A DNA stretch of 64,000 bases from Eledone cirrhosa. Its lineage: Eukaryota. Numbering within the stretch: position 1 is the stretch's first letter; every line of letters begins with the position of its first letter. The stretch lies in contig OZ024750.1 in the NCBI GenBank assembly GCA_964016885.1, positions 22,134,001-22,198,000 on the forward strand, in the 5' to 3' direction. Below, one piece after another: positions 56,582 through 64,000 of the stretch. Below the pieces are notes generated by a model. It ran no database searches. It saw nothing but the letters and a program-made list of their open reading frames with translations, and was not told the origin of the DNA. A program made the position numbers and the translations under genes.

Positions 56582-56797
56582 TTAAAGGCCAAACAAAGCT
56601 TTAATGATTGCGGTAATATATGGTGGCCATTTATTTCATTTGTCAGACATCAGTAGCTAGAATGAAAAGAAAACAGAAAGTATTTCGTAACGTTGTGTGT
56701 GGCTCGTACCCACTTCAAGTAAAGGTCTTGTTTACAGAGGTTTAATCGAAACATGAACTGGTACTACGTTACTGGAATTCACTATATGCACATAGAC

Positions 56798-56871
<74 letters not shown>

Positions 56872-56874
56872 TAT

Positions 56875-56991
<117 letters not shown>

Positions 56992-57074
56992 CATATATGT
57001 GTATATATATGTGTATATATATATAGTATATATATATATATATATGTGTATATATATGTGTATATATATATATA

Positions 57075-57125
<51 letters not shown>

Positions 57126-57159
57126 TATATATATATATGTGTATATATAGTATATATAT

Positions 57160-57190
<31 letters not shown>

Positions 57191-57194
57191 GTAT

Positions 57195-57227
<33 letters not shown>

Positions 57228-57298
57228 GTATATATATATATATATAAATAAATATATATATATAGTATATATATATATATAAATAAATATATATATAT

Positions 57299-57331
<33 letters not shown>

Positions 57332-57403
57332 TAGTATACATATATTATAGATATATATAAATAGATATATATATATAGTATATATATATATAAATATATA
57401 TAT

Positions 57404-57468
<65 letters not shown>

Positions 57469-57603
57469 CACTCAATAGCGAGGTAGCATGGTTGCTACAA
57501 ATTGTTTCATGTGGTTACGTCGTAATGCATAAAACACTTGACGTGCGGGAGGCCTCGTGTGTGTTTTATGTATTATATAACTGAGCCATAATCACACCAA
57601 ACA

Positions 57604-57675
<72 letters not shown>

Positions 57676-58054
57676 ATATATACATTCATACATATATTCA
57701 TATATATATACATATAATCAAACATACATACATATATACAGACAGACATATAGGTTAAGCGCATCCTCGAAACCGTAGGAGGACCCATCAGTGCCTATAT
57801 TCTGAAGGAAAACAAATAATTTCTCTGGTGTCTTCACAAAGACAAATACTCCATATTTCAGGTTGTGTATTTGTGTGTGTATATGTGTGTGTTTGGGAGT
57901 TTGTGTGTGCATGTGTATGTATATATGTAAGTGCATGTCTGCGTGTGTAAATATGTGTGTATTTATGTGTGGACATCTGTGTATGTGTGAACCTAATATA
58001 ACTGGGTACACGTTTGGTTCGTTCATTTTAACTATATATATATGTGTGTGTGTC

Positions 58055-58096
<42 letters not shown>

Positions 58097-58632
58097 TGTA
58101 TGTGTGTATGTGTGTATGTGTGCGTATGTGGTTGTGGGTTTATGTGTGTATGTGTGTGTATGTACGTGTGTATTTATGTGGGTGTATGTGTGTGCATCTG
58201 TCTGTGTATTCTATATATATATATGTGTGTGTGGGTGTGTGCGTGTGTGTCTGTCTGTCTGTGTGTGTGTGCGTGTGCGTGCGTGTGTGTGTGTGTGCCT
58301 ATATCTGTATGTATGTATCTATGCGTATGTGTTTGTGAGTTTATGTGTGTATGTGTGTATGTATGTGTGTATTTATGTGTGTGTATCTGTGTGTGCATCT
58401 GTCTGTGTATTCTATATTTATATATATATGTGTGTATCTGTGTGTGTATGTGTCTCTGTGTGTGTGAGTGTGTGTGTGTATGTCTGTGTGTGTGTGAGTG
58501 TGTGTGTATGTCTGTGTGTTTATTTTCCATATTTTATCCCAATGCTTCAATGCTATAACTTTAGTAACTTGTCATTCCTATCTATATTTATTTCTATTCT
58601 TTTTCTCTTCTCGTTTATTTTTTCCTTCACAG

Positions 58633-58862
58633 CAAACGCCATAGTGATTATAACGAATGACGAAGGCTCAAAAAGGCTATCTGGTCACGTGTTGTACAAC
58701 GCCCAACTTCGAATTATTCAATCCCAGGATATGTTACAGGAACTCGCCTCTAAAGGGAAGTTATTCAGTATTTGGAAAGAACTAACGTCACACCAGATCA
58801 GCCACATGCGTAAAATACTCTTGTCCACACTGAACCCAAGATATGGCGGCGGCAATAAATAA
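58633..58862 (+). CDS. Exon 5 (terminal)
   Basis: Long polypyrimidine tract + cacag|, phase 1; ANAIVIITNDEGSKRL..LYN..KGKLFSIW..GGGNK-stop; AATAAA at the stop and near 58913; spliced CDS totals 1407 nt = 468 aa + stop. Confidence 0.82.
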
Positions 58863-59081
58863 AGACTTGAATATAAATACATAACTATATATACACACAA
58901 AATACATACATAAATAAATAAAATCACTTTCCTTTTCACACATGATGAATCACTTCCTGTATATTGACCTCTTTCCTTTTCCACACATGGTTCACTTCCG
59001 GTATGTTGACCCGGCCTCTTTCCTTTTCACAAAATCCTGCTGCACATCAGGGGCGTTTCTTTACTTTTCTTACTCTAAAGA

Positions 59082-59140
<59 letters not shown>

Positions 59141-59296
59141 ACAAACAGACGAACAGACAAACGAGCAGAACAAAAGGGAAATATAATAACAACAACAACA
59201 ATAATAAAACAACTACTGCTACTACAACTGCAACAATAACAACTACTTCTACTACTACAACTCCAACAAAAACTACTTCTACTACTACTGCTACTA

Positions 59297-59345
<49 letters not shown>

Positions 59346-59522
59346 ACCACTACTACTACTTCTACTACTAATACTATTACTAATACTACTATTACTACTA
59401 CTACTACTAGCAATAATAATATCACTGCTAACAATGGTACGACTTCTTTTACCATTACTATTATTACTATTACTACTACTACTACTAATAATAATAATGA
59501 TAATAGATAGATAGATAAATAA

Positions 59523-59560
<38 letters not shown>

Positions 59561-60419
59561 TCATCGAGAAATTCTTATAACGAGGCGGCAGATAGAAATA
59601 GTGGTAGGGGCTAGATGTAGTTATGTTATGCATATTGTGTATGTATACAGAAAAAAATGAGAGGTGATGACAATAAGGCGATAAATGTAGCTAAAGAGAT
59701 AATGCTAGAAGTAGTTATACTTATGTTATGTTTATTGTGTGTTTATATAAAAAATAAAGGGAGATAATAACAGTATGGAAGCGGTTGATAGAAATACAGA
59801 GTGAGTTGGAGCTTAGAAGCGACTAGACGTACTAATGATCATGTAAATAGAAATAACGGGAGCTAATGGTGATAAAAAAGCAATAGATAGAGAGCAAGAG
59901 GTTAAAAGGGTAAGTGTAGTGATGTTGTTGTTTTTTTTAATTTTTTGCTTATATAGAAATTACGGCAGTTAATAACGGTAATGAAGCCACAGTGAGGGTG
60001 ATGGAGTTAGAAAGGTAGAGAGAAATAAAGGGAGGTAATTATTATAGCTGAGAAGGAACAGCAACGAAACAATAAAATCACTAAGAAACAGTTTGATGAA
60101 CGGCACATTAAAGTCTGTAATGTTCGTACACTTGAGATCAGACGATCGACAGAGTAGGAACATTACGGATGATAAGAGGAAGGTAATGAGGAAGAAGGGG
60201 AAGAGGAGATGAATAGAAGGTGGAGGGAATGGGTAAGGAGAGAGAGGGGGAGATATAGAAAGATTACAGAGTTTATCGCTTGCATAATGAATGAACCAGG
60301 TAAAAAATGTTAGTGAACCTGGTGCCTTCGTTTCAAGCAATATATTCTATTTGTTGACGGACAAATATAGCACTCATTTAAATATAAATCTACACCCATG
60401 TTTTATTGTATCATTCATG

Positions 60420-60870
60420 AAGTCACGTGACTTAGAAGAACCAATGAAATCCATCGAATCTTAGAGCTTATGAAAAATCAGTTTTTTTTGGCTTTTTTTT
60501 TTACTGATGTTTCTTTTCTCTATTAATTCAGAAAAAGTTTGTTTTTAATGTGTTTTTTTGTCCAAAACAATAAACGAAATAATCCAAAACTATGGCCGGT
60601 TGATTCCAAAGAGAATCCATAAACTATTTCTTAGTAAAAACACGAAGTTAACATCTACTGGTAAAAAATGTGATACGGTTTCGTTCGCCGCCATCTTCTG
60701 GTGAAATGGTACCTACACAAGTATAAGATGAAAGGAAAACAGAGGGAACTAAATTAAAAGAAAGATGAGACTGCTAGTTAAGTGACTAGTCAACATTTCA
60801 ATTTAGATAAAAATAATTTAGATTTCTTAATTCGTTTCAAACTCCCGTGCATCAATAATACATAGGTAAG
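60420..60870 (+). promoter_or_regulatory. Possible promoter / first exon of a neighbouring gene
   Basis: Palindromic E-box AGTCACGTGACT (60421), CCAAT (60441), YY1-type GCCGCCATCTT (about 60687), donor-like AG|GTAAGT (about 60865), all in non-repetitive sequence. Confidence 0.35.
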
Positions 60871-61229
60871 TTACTCGTTTATAAATAAAGTCGTAAAAAC
60901 GCCTCCAATTTAGGAAATATGTTACTAGATATTGTTTGTTTTTAATCCATGAACGATTTCTGCATACAATACTAATACAAAAGGAAAAGATGTTATGATA
61001 AACATATTAATTAGTGGATGTTGAACAGACACATTAATATTCAGTTTTATAACATCTTTAGGATTCGGTTAATAAATAAAGTAATAGAACCATAGGTTTT
61101 AATTTGAAAACACCATTTTAAATGAGTTCTAAAACTTAATCTAATCTCTAATCTCTAATCTTAAATATTTCTCATATCACAAACATATACGGGAACCAAC
61201 GAACTTTTTTCATTATATAAAACATTGTT

Positions 61230-62800
<1,571 letters not shown>

Positions 62801-62979
62801 GATAAGTCTTGCATTTTAACAATAGGGTAATTGTGTAATTGTGAAATCTTAAAAGCTTTTGATGATATAATTTCTAACATTTAAGTGAAAAGTGTCGTTT
62901 CAACGGAACATTAAACTGAGGTTTTAAAGAACAAAATGATCTTACATTGTCCAAAAGATGCTTTGTTCTTTGCCACAAG

Positions 62980-63305
62980 TGAAGGTGCGTGGCTTAGTGG
63001 TTAGGGATGAATGCCGGCTCACGACCGTGAGTTCGATTACCAGCGGCGTGATGTGTCATTGAGCAAGACACTTTATTTCAGTTGACTCAGCAAGGCAAAA
63101 ATAAGTCATGTCTGTAATTCAAAAGGTTAGCTTTTTCAAGAATTGTGTCACGTTGATTTGTGTCACCCATTGTGTCAATCTGAGAACCTCGTTTGGGGTA
63201 CACGTGCCTGTGGAATGGTCTGCTCTTAGCTCGTTAATCTAATGAGCAGCCTGTTCCGATGGTTGAATCAACTGGACCACTGGTCGCCGAAACCGACGCT
63301 CCAAC
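62980..63305 (+). mobile_element. SINE S2, near full length
   Basis: GTGGCTTAGTGGTTAGGG A-box, GAGTTCGATTACC B-box, TTGAGCAAGACACTTTATTTC, GAAACCGACG end. Confidence 0.7.
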
Positions 63306-64000
63306 AAACCAATAAAATTTCACACAAAAACATTTCTTTCTTAAGCTTTACTTAACATTGAACCATTAAAAAAACATTTAAAGATTGAAACTCTTCACCA
63401 AAATCAGCAATTTTCTTCTCTTCATATATTTCAATGAAATAAATCTATTCCCTTAACAACAAAAATATATTAAATTATTCGGCACCTCTCAAATAGCCAG
63501 CCCATCGGTGGCAGGAAAGAGTAAATCTAGCATATCCGTACAGGTGTATATATGAATATATTTATTTTGGTATGTTAAACCCTTTCTTGTCAGTGAAAGA
63601 ACTCAAACAAAAAAATTATAATAAATAAATTAGAAATGCCAATAAATTAAAAGAAATATTTTTTGAGTGGCGAAAAGGAAAATAACCGCAAAAAAAAATG
63701 AAAACGAATAATGAAAATGTAAATTTTAAAAATGGCGGAATTTTCAATTTCTGAAGCTTCTGGGAATTCAATGTTGTACAGATTATATTAAAAGAAAAAA
63801 ACATACACACGGTTTTATCGACAGAAATATTTTGAAAAATATTCCAAAATGAAAAAAGAACAATAAATGGCGTTTGTTTGGAAAATAAATTTAGGAAAAA
63901 TGACTGAAAAAAATGTATTAATGTTTTGTGTTTTTTATTGATTTATTTATTTTATTTTTTATCTGTTCTCTGTCACTTTTTTATATGCTGACATGCACTT

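Overview
Eukaryotic, very microsatellite-rich (TA, CA, GA, GATA, TAC) DNA. The SINE and microsatellite make-up resembles an octopus/coleoid cephalopod genome (inference). Main content: (1) a Tx1/L1-type non-LTR retrotransposon with apparently open ORF1 and ORF2 (minus strand, 1-3600, running off the window) plus two 5'-truncated relatives; every visible junction abuts (GATA)n in the same orientation. (2) One spliced, phase-consistent 5-exon gene on the + strand (29017-58862, 468 aa) encoding a probable two-TM, coiled-coil protein with a C-terminal alpha/beta, possibly TIR/SEFIR-like, domain. (3) Many short (TA)n-flanked elements from several unrelated families. Most are built as inverted arm + arm + tail and carry type I hammerhead ribozyme motifs with palindromic stem III, which fits ends (pLTRs) of Penelope-like elements. 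(4) Many tRNA-derived SINEs, RTE/CR1/R4 fragments, MITEs and four minisatellites. Nearly all other ORFs in the track are microsatellite artefacts. All structures were read by eye; no searches or folding programs were run.
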